Origin: a virus
Taxonomy: Duplodnaviria > Caudoviricetes
Direction: 5' to 3' (one strand)
Virus record (IMG/VR): IMGVR_UViG_3300043932_000107
Location: 1 to 28,323 of that record
DNA: 28,323 nucleotides
Shown: positions 9,305 through 17,627 of the stretch, in pieces
Numbering within the stretch: the stretch's first letter is position 1
How the letters are laid out: every line of letters starts with the position of its first letter
Translations under genes and position numbers: made by a program
The notes under the pieces: model-generated
Seen by the model: the letters and a program-made list of their open reading frames with translations, nothing else
What the model was told of the DNA's origin: nothing
The model's database searches: none

Positions 9305-9721
9305 ATGGCGTACGCGCTGGTATCAGATGTTGCGACAACGCTTGGCCGCACAATCAGCGATGCTACCGAAATCGACCAAGTAAACGACTGGATTTCTGAC
9401 GCCGAACTGATTATCCACGCCCGTCTCGGAGACCTCTCTGCGCTTGATGCCGGCGTGCTGCGCCTCGTTATCAAAGAGGCCGTGGCGCGTCGAGTACGGA
9501 ATCCAGACGGTAAGGATAACGAACGTATCGACGACTATTCCTATGGGCTAGTCGATGATGCAAAGAAGGTCGGAATCTCGATCACGGATGAGGAATGGGC
9601 AATGCTTTCCCCAGATGGATCGTCATCGGGTGCGTTCATGCCTACCGCTACACCGCAATGGTGGACCGGTGGCCGCCCGCCGCATTATCCGTCGCAGCTT
9701 GAACGTGAAGGGTGGAGCTAA
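9305..9721 (+). CDS. Head-to-tail adaptor
   Basis: MAYALVSDVATTLGR...VRNPDG...IDDYSY motif; synteny. Confidence 0.8.
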   Translation: MAYALVSDVATTLGRTISDATEIDQVNDWISDAELIIHARLGDLSALDAGVLRLVIKEAVARRVRNPDGKDNERIDDYSYGLVDDAKKVGISITDEEWAMLSPDGSSSGAFMPTATPQWWTGGRPPHYPSQLEREGWS

Positions 9722-9723
9722 TA

Positions 9724-10101
9724 ATGAGTATCCAGTCGGCGGTTCTCGCGGGCCGGAGCGCCGCAGAAAAACTCATGTCTGACACGTGTGAGATCGTCCG
9801 TCTGGTCCCTGGTGAGAATGAGGACGGCCTCGACGTCACTATCGAGACTGTTGTCTATTCGGGCAAATGCAAAGTTCAAACCTATGAGCCGTATGAGTCG
9901 AATCTTGTGATTGTCGGGAATCCGGTAACACAACAGAGGTACCAGCTACACATCCCGTGGGGTGCAGCCGTTCTGCAGGTCGGCGATATCGCACGTGTCG
10001 CTGGGCGTGAGAGGCCGCTACGGGTCGTCGCCTTGTTCGATAAGACGCATGCGACTGCGCTGCGTGTCGCATGTGAGGAGGTGGCGAATGCCAACAGTTG
10101 A
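9724..10101 (+). CDS. Head-to-tail stopper-like protein
   Basis: GRSAAEKLMSDTCEI...VYSGKCKVQ motif; synteny. Confidence 0.7.
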   Translation: MSIQSAVLAGRSAAEKLMSDTCEIVRLVPGENEDGLDVTIETVVYSGKCKVQTYEPYESNLVIVGNPVTQQRYQLHIPWGAAVLQVGDIARVAGRERPLRVVALFDKTHATALRVACEEVANANS

Positions 10102-10471
10102 TATCGATATGAGCGAGGTTAGGACACTGGCGGCGGATTTCTCACAGATCCCTGGTGAGCTTGCCCGGCACGCCGTTCCGGTTGTTGAGAAGGCTGCCGT
10201 GAACGTGAAGAAGCAGTTGATTGCCGAGATGCGGGCATCGAAGCATTTCAAGGGCTTCGCGAGTATTTCCTACGATCTGACATCAGATTCGGGTGGGATT
10301 GTTGCCGAGATCGGCCCTACCAAGGATGGTCCTGGCGCGGGTGCGAACCTCGCCTATTTCGGAACGTGGAAAGGCGGCGGTACGGTGCCGGATCCACGCG
10401 GTGCCCTCGAAGCGGAATACCCGAATCTAGAACAGCATTTGGCTGATCTAGCTGAGGAGTTGTTCGGATGA
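10088..10471 (+). CDS. Neck/tail-completion protein (HK97 gp10-like)
   Basis: GAGG RBS; SISYD...AEIGP...YFGT; synteny. Confidence 0.65.
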   Translation: MPTVDIDMSEVRTLAADFSQIPGELARHAVPVVEKAAVNVKKQLIAEMRASKHFKGFASISYDLTSDSGGIVAEIGPTKDGPGAGANLAYFGTWKGGGTVPDPRGALEAEYPNLEQHLADLAEELFG

Positions 10472-10893
10472 GCCGCGCACACTACCGGGCGATCGAGGCG
10501 CACCTCAAGGAGCTGATCCTCTCAGGCAAGACGGTCCCCGGGTTTCTCGGAGACCCGCCTGCAAATACGGTACTGCCGTACACGTTCATCACGCCGGTGC
10601 CTGCTCCCGCGCATGCGGAAAATGTGGCAGGCAGCAGGGACGTTCTCGATGCCTATTTCAACGTTACGTGCGTTCACACTACAGCAAACAATTGTTTGGC
10701 GTTGACAGAGAAAATGCGGGAACTCCTCGACGACTGGACCCCCACCGTCGATGGGTGGCGCACGTTTCCTCTTGAGCCGGTGGACGCGCAACCAGTTCAA
10801 ACATCCACCACCGCCATGGAGATGGATTCAAACAGCTATCCACGCTGGTCGGTCACGCAATACCGACTCCAAGCATGTAAGGAGAACAACTAA
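10468..10893 (+). CDS. Tail terminator protein
   Basis: 141 aa immediately before the major tail gene; ATGA coupling. Confidence 0.65.
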   Translation: MSRAHYRAIEAHLKELILSGKTVPGFLGDPPANTVLPYTFITPVPAPAHAENVAGSRDVLDAYFNVTCVHTTANNCLALTEKMRELLDDWTPTVDGWRTFPLEPVDAQPVQTSTTAMEMDSNSYPRWSVTQYRLQACKENN

Positions 10894-11402
10894 TGCTGAC
10901 GCTTTACGATAAGCACATTTCCGTCAGAATCGCTGAGGGAACCATCGAGTCTCTGGGTATCGATCCGGAGAATATCAAGGTTTCGGATTTCCCGGCCTTG
11001 GAGGCATCGAAGCTCATGTCAATGGCCGGCTTCGCTCTCGGCCCGACAGGATCGGATTCGGGGTCTGATCCTGCTGTGAACGGTGACCCGAACCAGTATT
11101 TCGGCACGTCAGGCTATGCGGGGACGCTAACCCCGTACCGGTATTTAGACGATAAGGGTGTCCCTGTTGTCGCCGAGGATACGTTGTGGCCTCTCGTGGT
11201 GGCGAAGGGCTCGAATCTGGTTTTGTTCCTACGTGAAGGCCCAGGCTGGGATTCGGATCCTGTGGCGGGACAGGAAGTTTCGATCTTTGAGGCGACGACG
11301 GATGACCCGCAGCCTGGTGACCGTTCAGGGTTCATCAAGTATTCGGTTCCTCTTGCGATCCAGAAGGCTTACCTGCACAAAGTGATCGTTGCAGACGCCT
11401 AA
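10893..11402 (+). CDS. Major tail protein
   Basis: AAGGAG RBS; 169 aa; position before chaperones and tape measure. Confidence 0.75.
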   Translation: MLTLYDKHISVRIAEGTIESLGIDPENIKVSDFPALEASKLMSMAGFALGPTGSDSGSDPAVNGDPNQYFGTSGYAGTLTPYRYLDDKGVPVVAEDTLWPLVVAKGSNLVLFLREGPGWDSDPVAGQEVSIFEATTDDPQPGDRSGFIKYSVPLAIQKAYLHKVIVADA

Positions 11403-11501
11403 TTTTCTTCCTCGGTGCTGGTTCTTTCTGGCCTTTCTGCCAGCACCGAGGACCCTTCCCTAGAAAGACCAAAGAACAAGCGTTGTGAAAGGCGAAGAAC
11501 A

Positions 11502-12014
11502 ATGACTACACCCACACCTGCAAGCTATGGCGACGCGAAAGAAACCGCGCCTATCGATCCGCAGAGCTTCGATCTTGCCACGTGGATCGAGGGAGTGAAC
11601 CCCGTCCGGCATGCGGTCACGATTTATCAGCGCGGTGACCTCGTCGCAGATCTGGACGTCGTGAAAGCACGGCTGAATAACGCGAAACTTGCGAAGAACT
11701 CGAAAGAAATCGCTGCGCTGACGAAGCAGGCGCGCGGCATTGTCGAAATTATTGAGCAGTCCTCCCTCGATGTCGTTGTTGAGGGCTGGTCGGAGGACCG
11801 CGTGAAAGCTTTCCGTGAGTCTTTCAAAGAGCAGGGCCTCTCGGATGAAGAGGTCACGGTCCGCCAGGTGGCGGCGCAGGTGGTTTCGCCAGAAGGTTTC
11901 ACGGCAGAGTTTTATCAGACTCTTTTGGGTGTTGTTCGTCCGCAGGCTGAGGCGATTGCTGCGGCGGCGTTTGCAGCTAATGTGCGGGTGCCGGTGGTCT
12001 CGGTCCCTTCCTGA
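11502..12014 (+). CDS. Tail assembly chaperone, copy 1 (gpG-like)
   Basis: GAAAGG RBS; between major tail and tape measure; ends at a CCCTTCC-TGA candidate slip site. Confidence 0.75.
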   Translation: MTTPTPASYGDAKETAPIDPQSFDLATWIEGVNPVRHAVTIYQRGDLVADLDVVKARLNNAKLAKNSKEIAALTKQARGIVEIIEQSSLDVVVEGWSEDRVKAFRESFKEQGLSDEEVTVRQVAAQVVSPEGFTAEFYQTLLGVVRPQAEAIAAAAFAANVRVPVVSVPS

Positions 12015-12415
12015 CGGAGTGCCTGGACCTTCCAAAGAACGACTGGATCGTTCAGGCACTCCGCACCGCGAAATCGTGGGGACGCAGGCCCGTCGAGTTT
12101 CTAGGAGGCCTTGCGGGTCCACGATGGACGCCACGGGACACACTGCTAGCGATGGCTCTCGACGAGTATGAGGCTACACGGGTGGGATACGGCGGGTTCC
12201 CGAAGCGTCTGACTGAGGATGAGGCGCAGGACGGCGAATTCGATGTGGATTCGACGACAGATTACGCGAAGCTTGCGTGGGATGAGTGGGAAGCGCAGGA
12301 ACGCAAACGCAAAGGTGACCCACAACCCGGTTTGGTACACCGGCTCGTATGGACGGGCTACCGGCGCGCGTCAGCCATCACCGGTGCCCCACAAGACAGC
12401 GCTAGTTCTTCCTAG
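12011..12415 (+). CDS. Tail assembly chaperone C-terminal segment (gpT-like), probably reached by -1 frameshift
   Basis: -1 frame open from 11981 with no ATG/GTG/TTG until 12152; W..RDTLLAMAL..YE motif spans that ATG. Confidence 0.6.
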   Translation: MTECLDLPKNDWIVQALRTAKSWGRRPVEFLGGLAGPRWTPRDTLLAMALDEYEATRVGYGGFPKRLTEDEAQDGEFDVDSTTDYAKLAWDEWEAQERKRKGDPQPGLVHRLVWTGYRRASAITGAPQDSASSS

Positions 12416-12581
12416 CGTAGATGAAGTGGTTCACGACCACGAGCACCCCTCCTACGAGGATGATGCCGATCCCGTTCCCCGTAGCGCCGTTGCTCAACGC
12501 ATATATCCCGAAGAGAATCAGCACAATTCCCAGCATGAAAAGCGGTGCCAGGAACTCATTCTTTTTCTGTGGCTGCGACAC
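12402..12581 (-). CDS. Small two-TM membrane protein (59 aa), not in the ORF track
   Basis: GAGGGGG RBS, GTG start, MSQPQKKNEFLAPLFMLGIVLILFGIYALSNGATGNGIGIILVGGVLVVVNHFIYARKN. Confidence 0.75.
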   Translation of the reverse strand: MSQPQKKNEFLAPLFMLGIVLILFGIYALSNGATGNGIGIILVGGVLVVVNHFIYARKN

Positions 12582-12632
12582 GTTTCCCCCTCAAAACTCG
12601 TGGATAAACACAACTTTATAGCGGAGGATCTA

Positions 12633-13130
12633 ATGGAAGAAAGTACTTCAGCCGGTGTCAGTTCGCTGTCTCGCGCGCAGAAGGTTGATCTCGCAGTATG
12701 GGCAAAGGGGATAACGCCACTGAGGCGCGCTGTGACAATCTACGGGGATCTCGTGGCGAACGCCGAACTGGACGTCCTTGAGGCGCGGGAGCGCGAGGCG
12801 CGACTATCTGGGGCCAAGACAACGGAATTACGGGAGATTGTCTCTCAACGCGAGGAGACGGCTCAGCGTCTCGCAGATACCGCGCTTGACGTGGTGTTTG
12901 AGAGTTGTACGGCTGATGCGCTGAAGCAGTCTAGTGCTGCAGCGAAGGAAGCCGGACTTGAAGGGACCTCGCTAGTGTCGGCTGTGATGGCTAACCAGAT
13001 TGTCGAACCGGCTGGCATGACCGCCGAACTCCTCGATCAGATCGCTGAGACGTTGCCCGGCCAGTACGCGAAGTTGATGGCGATGTGGAAGCAGGTCAAC
13101 GAGGATTCCGGTCTCAACCTCCCCTTTTGA
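12633..13130 (+). CDS. Tail assembly chaperone paralogue, copy 2
   Basis: GGAGG RBS; DLAVWAKGITPLRRAVTIY aligns with DLATWIEGVNPVRHAVTIY of copy 1. Confidence 0.75.
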   Translation: MEESTSAGVSSLSRAQKVDLAVWAKGITPLRRAVTIYGDLVANAELDVLEAREREARLSGAKTTELREIVSQREETAQRLADTALDVVFESCTADALKQSSAAAKEAGLEGTSLVSAVMANQIVEPAGMTAELLDQIAETLPGQYAKLMAMWKQVNEDSGLNLPF

Positions 13131-13158
13131 TGTGTACACGGGAGTGGCTCGCTAGCTG

Positions 13159-13347
13159 CTAGTGGTTGCCGTATTTGATGACGTGGTTGAACGCCATCGC
13201 AACAACGCCGATTACGAAGATAAAGAGTGAGCGGACGTCTGGGCCCATGAAGAAGAGTACGACTCCGAAAATCATGAGTAGAGCTCCGATGGCGAAGCCG
13301 AGACTCTTAGTTTCCGGGCCTTGTGGTTTCTTTTCCATGCCAGCCAC
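13159..13347 (-). CDS. Small two-TM membrane protein (start at 13347 or 13338)
   Basis: Two hydrophobic helices; ends FNHVIKY, similar to VNHFIY of 12402-12581. Confidence 0.7.
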   Translation of the reverse strand: MAGMEKKPQGPETKSLGFAIGALLMIFGVVLFFMGPDVRSLFIFVIGVVAMAFNHVIKYGNH

Positions 13348-13509
13348 CTAGCTAACTGCGCGCAATAAGACGAAGAGTGCTACGACAACCAGGACGGCTG
13401 CCGCTGCAAGGTTCCACGGCAACGTCTTACGCCGTCGCTGTCGATATTCGTATTCCGCGTCTTCGCGTTCTCGCCGAGCTGTCCAATAATCATGTTCTTC
13501 TTCGGACAT
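13348..13509 (-). CDS. Small single-TM membrane protein (53 aa)
   Basis: GAGGGGGG RBS before ATG 13509; charged N-terminus then LAAAAVLVVVALFVLL. Confidence 0.7.
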   Translation of the reverse strand: MSEEEHDYWTARREREDAEYEYRQRRRKTLPWNLAAAAVLVVVALFVLLRAVS

Positions 13510-13562
13510 GTTCCCCCCTCGTAATTCGAAGACGCTCACAACTATATATTGGAGGTGCCTCC

Positions 13563-16451
13563 TTGTCTCAAGAAAGATCGATAAAAGTCACCTTCCGGAC
13601 CAACGTCGCAGATTTTCGACAGCAGCTTAAGTCTGCTTCAACGGCTCTCGAGGATCTTGCAGCTAAAGGGGACAAAACCGGTAAAGTAGCGGAGACCGGT
13701 TTAGGCAGACTCGCGCAGTCAGCGCAGTTGCAGCGTGAAGCTTGGAATACAGCCGGTGGGGCCCTCCTATCATTTGGGGCGGTCGGCGCTGCCGCATTTG
13801 GCGGAATTGTCGCGGTAACGAGTAAGTTTGATTCGCAGATGTCCGCGGTCCAAGCGGCTACTCTTGCGTCGGCGTCTGAGATGGATGTGCTCCGTGAGGC
13901 CGCGATTGAAGCGGGTGCCGATACTGCGTTCTCAGCCACGGAAGCGGCGCAGGGTATCGAAGAGCTCGCAAAAGCTGGCGTGTCCACCACTGATATTCTC
14001 AACGGCGGCCTAGCCGGAGCACTCGACCTTGCCGCTGCCGGTGGTGTGTCTGTGGAGGAAGCTGCTGAGTCCGCCGCCTCAGCGCTGACACAGTTCGGGC
14101 TATCCGGCGAGGACGTCCCCCATGTTGCCGACCTACTTGCCGCTGCGGCTGGCAAGGCGCAGGGTGGCGTCACTGATATGTCGCAGGCGCTTTCTCAGGC
14201 GGGCTTGGTTGCGTCCAATTCTGGTCTTTCTATTGAAGAGACTACGGGCGTCCTCGCTGCGTTCGCGTCCGCTGGGCTGATCGGCTCTGATGCTGGGACG
14301 TCGTTCAAGAGCATGCTCCAGCGTCTCCAGAATCCGTCGAAGGAATCGGCGCAACTCATGGAGGAGCTTGGGATCTCCATGTATGACGCCAACGGGAACA
14401 TGGTTGGCATGTCCGATTTGGCCGGACAGCTTAAGAGCAAGCTGGGCGGGCTTACCCAGGCTCAGCGTGACGCGGCGTTGGCGCAGATCTTCGGATCCGA
14501 CGCGGTGCGTGCAGCCACCGTACTTTATAACCAGGGGTCGGAAGGCATCTCTAACTGGACTAGTGAAGTAGATGAATCGGGGTATGCTGCTGAAACTGCG
14601 GCGGCCCGTCAGGATAACCTCGCTGGGTCGTGGGAGAAACTGACGGGGTCGGCTGAGACTCTCGCCATTTCTATCGGAGAGAAGGTCACTCCGGCTCTAA
14701 AGTGGCTGGTAGATGGCGCAACTGCCGTTATTGATTCGATCGATGAGATACCTGATCCTATTCTCGCTGTAGCTACTGGACTTGGTGGGATTGCAACGGC
14801 TGGAGCGCTTGCTGGTGGGGCATTCCTTACACTCGCGCCGCGTGTATGGGATACGTACACGGCTATAACTAGCCTCAAGGCTACGTTCCCCACCTTTGGC
14901 TCGCACCTGGATAGCGTCACCTCCAAGACAGGAAAGTTCCTGGGGAAGCTTACGAAAGTTACCGGCGCACTCGGCGTGTTCTATGGGACGATGCGTGGCG
15001 TACAAGCCCTTTCGACCGCTGTCGCTGGGATCGAGAGAACCGTCCAGGGAGTGGAGCAACTTCAAAATCGACTCGATGCTGCCGCGTCTTCCGGGGAATC
15101 TTTCTATAATGCCGTCGTCAAGAGTATCGGGGATATCAATACCGAACAGTTTACCGACTTGGCGGAGTCTCTGGAGCGTGTGGCGCAACCTGGCTGGGCC
15201 GACAAGCTCGCGTCGATAACAAAGCTTGACGCGACCGGCTTTAATGACGTTGTAGACCAGTTCGATGTTCTCAATGAACAGATATCGACACTCGCTGGTT
15301 CGGACGTGTCGAAAGCTACTGACCAATTTGCAGCGTTGCTGGAAGAGGCTGGTGGCACCAAAGAGGCGTTTGAAAATCTGAAAACGGTACTCCCTGACTA
15401 CGTTGAAGAAATGTACGCCCTCGCTAATGCGAATGGGGTAACGATTGACGATACTAACGAACTTGCGCTACTCACGGGCGGGTTGAGTGACCAATTTTCT
15501 GCGACGTCCGATTCTGCGAACGGCACATCTACCGCTATCGATTCTGTCACCGATGCGGCTGAGGATGCAGCGGATGCCATGGATGAATACATCCAAGGCC
15601 TTGAGGACGCCGCAGGTATCGGCATTTCACTGTCCGAGGCTCAGATCGGCTGGCAGCAGGCTATCGCGGATGCTACGGCGGCTCTCCAAGAAAACGGTCA
15701 GACGCTCGACATTACTACTGAGGCTGGGCGTAATAATCAGTCTGCGTTGAATGATATGGCTTCCTCGGCGTGGGACCTTGTCACGTCGCTGTATGAGGTT
15801 GATGGCGCGTCTGCTGATCTTGAGGGCACGATGCAGACGGCGCGGAATGCGTTCATTCAGACGGCCATACAGATGGGGATGACGCAAGCTGAGGCTGGAG
15901 AACTTGCCGACAAGTTCGGGTTGATTCCGGGTAATGTGCGCACCAACGTGATCGCGAACACGTGGCAGGCATCTTCCGCCATTGATCAGGTAGCAGGGCA
16001 GCTATCATCTCTCCCCACGAGGAAGACGATCACAGTAGACGTTCTACAGTACTATTCCACATACGGTGAATCTGTTTATTCGGCGTCCGGTGGCACAGGC
16101 GGGAATGCTCTTCATCGTGCTGGTGGTGGCGCGATTTATGGGCCTGGGACTGCTACCTCCGATTCGATCCTGGCGCGCCTGTCGACTGGTGAGCATGTCC
16201 TGACGGCGTCGGATGTGCAAAAGATCGGCGGACAGTCCGCGGTGTATCGGCTCCGGGCGGCTATCCAGGCCGGGATGGTGCGGTTTGCTGATGGTGGCAC
16301 TGTTGGCGGCTCGTCGCTCGTGTCTCCGAAAGTCATGGTTTCAACCACACCGGCGATCTATGTTCAGAACCCGTTTACAGGGAAGTATTTGCTGGCGCAG
16401 GTGGATCAGCGTGCCGAGAATGTGGCGGTTGACGTGGTGAATGCGAGGTGA
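13563..16451 (+). CDS. Tape measure protein (TP901-type core)
   Basis: GGAGGTG RBS before TTG 13563; Ala/Gly-rich; FSATEAAQGIEELAKAG, GSDAGTSFKSML and C-terminal GPGTATSDSILARLSTGEHV motifs. Confidence 0.95.
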   Translation: MSQERSIKVTFRTNVADFRQQLKSASTALEDLAAKGDKTGKVAETGLGRLAQSAQLQREAWNTAGGALLSFGAVGAAAFGGIVAVTSKFDSQMSAVQAATLASASEMDVLREAAIEAGADTAFSATEAAQGIEELAKAGVSTTDILNGGLAGALDLAAAGGVSVEEAAESAASALTQFGLSGEDVPHVADLLAAAAGKAQGGVTDMSQALSQAGLVASNSGLSIEETTGVLAAFASAGLIGSDAGTSFKSMLQRLQNPSKESAQLMEELGISMYDANGNMVGMSDLAGQLKSKLGGLTQAQRDAALAQIFGSDAVRAATVLYNQGSEGISNWTSEVDESGYAAETAAARQDNLAGSWEKLTGSAETLAISIGEKVTPALKWLVDGATAVIDSIDEIPDPILAVATGLGGIATAGALAGGAFLTLAPRVWDTYTAITSLKATFPTFGSHLDSVTSKTGKFLGKLTKVTGALGVFYGTMRGVQALSTAVAGIERTVQGVEQLQNRLDAAASSGESFYNAVVKSIGDINTEQFTDLAESLERVAQPGWADKLASITKLDATGFNDVVDQFDVLNEQISTLAGSDVSKATDQFAALLEEAGGTKEAFENLKTVLPDYVEEMYALANANGVTIDDTNELALLTGGLSDQFSATSDSANGTSTAIDSVTDAAEDAADAMDEYIQGLEDAAGIGISLSEAQIGWQQAIADATAALQENGQTLDITTEAGRNNQSALNDMASSAWDLVTSLYEVDGASADLEGTMQTARNAFIQTAIQMGMTQAEAGELADKFGLIPGNVRTNVIANTWQASSAIDQVAGQLSSLPTRKTITVDVLQYYSTYGESVYSASGGTGGNALHRAGGGAIYGPGTATSDSILARLSTGEHVLTASDVQKIGGQSAVYRLRAAIQAGMVRFADGGTVGGSSLVSPKVMVSTTPAIYVQNPFTGKYLLAQVDQRAENVAVDVVNAR

Positions 16452-17137
16452 GCATGGTGAAGGCATGGGTGGCGGCGCATACGGGGCTGCCCAGTTTCTA
16501 TACGGACGAGCCTGTGCGGATCATGTGCGGGGATCGTGTGATTACAAGCGGGTCCGCGCAGGCGCTCGTATCGGATCCTCTTGCTGAGCCTGGCGTCCCG
16601 ACAACCTACCAGGTGGGTGACGAATCAGTGACGCTAACGCGGCCCCTCGGGACGCCTGGGACGGCGATTCTCACGGATGATACGGGACGCGGAGTCTCTG
16701 GGTTGATCTATGTGGATACCGGAGACCAGGAGAACTACGCCCCCGAGGTCACTCAGTTCAGTCCCTTCGTTACACGCTGGGCGATGACAGATCCCGCCTA
16801 CACGGGTTCGGGGACGTTCACGCTGAAAGACCTCTCCAAACGTGGCCAGGTGGAGGCACTGTTGCGTCGGCATCGTGTACTGATTGTCGGGCCTGCTGCG
16901 CCGTCCCCTGGTATGGGGTTGCGGCGTGTGATTGTGACGCAGGTGCAGCGGACCAGGTATGCGGGAGGGTCCCGGATACGGTTTGAGGTCTCGTGGTCTG
17001 AGGCGAGGCTTTCGGATCGGGAGGCGTGTGGGGTTCCGGTGGTGTCGTGGGGTGAGTATGCTGCAGCGTCGGATGGTGTGTTTACGGGCGAAAGCTATCT
17101 ACAGATTTGTCAACGGATCGCCGGGATGCCGGCATAA
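16448..17137 (+). CDS. Distal tail (Dit)-like minor tail protein
   Basis: First gene after the tape measure, GTGA overlap. Confidence 0.65.
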   Translation: MSMVKAWVAAHTGLPSFYTDEPVRIMCGDRVITSGSAQALVSDPLAEPGVPTTYQVGDESVTLTRPLGTPGTAILTDDTGRGVSGLIYVDTGDQENYAPEVTQFSPFVTRWAMTDPAYTGSGTFTLKDLSKRGQVEALLRRHRVLIVGPAAPSPGMGLRRVIVTQVQRTRYAGGSRIRFEVSWSEARLSDREACGVPVVSWGEYAAASDGVFTGESYLQICQRIAGMPA

Positions 17138-17154
17138 CCGAAAGGAAAAGAACC

Positions 17155-17391
17155 ATGGGTAATACTGCGATGAAGGAATCGATCTGGGAGGCTGCTGCCG
17201 CTCGGCGTGAGTTTGATGAGTGGAAGGCGGGCGTGGATCAGCGGCTCGGGGCTCTTGAAGCCGACGTGGCGGCGGCCCAGGCGCAAGCATTGAACGCCCA
17301 AGCCACCGCCAACGCGGCATGTGCGGAGTTAGAAGCAAAACTCGAAGAGCTTATTTTGATCTCCGCCGGTGAAGTATCGTCCGTTATTTAG
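17155..17391 (+). CDS. Small coiled-coil protein (78 aa)
   Basis: GAAAGGA RBS; Ala-rich heptad-like pattern. Confidence 0.65.
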   Translation: MGNTAMKESIWEAAAARREFDEWKAGVDQRLGALEADVAAAQAQALNAQATANAACAELEAKLEELILISAGEVSSVI

Positions 17392-17560
17392 AACGTATCA
17401 AGATCTCTAGCTGGCCGATTGCTTCGGCGATGTCCTTCTGCCCATTTTGTAGCTGTGTGATCATTTCGAGTGGATTTACAGCGGTTTCGGATAGTTGGGC
17501 GGTCTTAGTTCTCTCGTTCAATGCATCTATCAGTTTGCTGGTGATGGGTATGTCCGTCAT
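17384..17560 (-). CDS. Small helical protein (58 aa), not in the ORF track
   Basis: GAAAGGA RBS; MTDIPITSKLIDALNERTKTAQLSETAVNPLEMITQLQNGQKDIAEAIGQLEILIRSK. Confidence 0.6.
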   Translation of the reverse strand: MTDIPITSKLIDALNERTKTAQLSETAVNPLEMITQLQNGQKDIAEAIGQLEILIRSK

Positions 17561-17627
17561 CGCTTTTCCTTTCGTGTGAGCAATCCCCTTCTTCGTTGGA
17601 GGGGTTTTCTCATTCTAGGAGGTTGGT

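Noticed and set aside
12219-12632. N-terminal extension of the 303-aa ORF
   Set aside because: Overlaps the chaperone segment and an antisense membrane gene; the RBS and the homology to copy 1 start at 12633.
13377-13562. N-terminal extension of the tape measure ORF
   Set aside because: Overlaps an antisense gene; a good RBS precedes TTG 13563.
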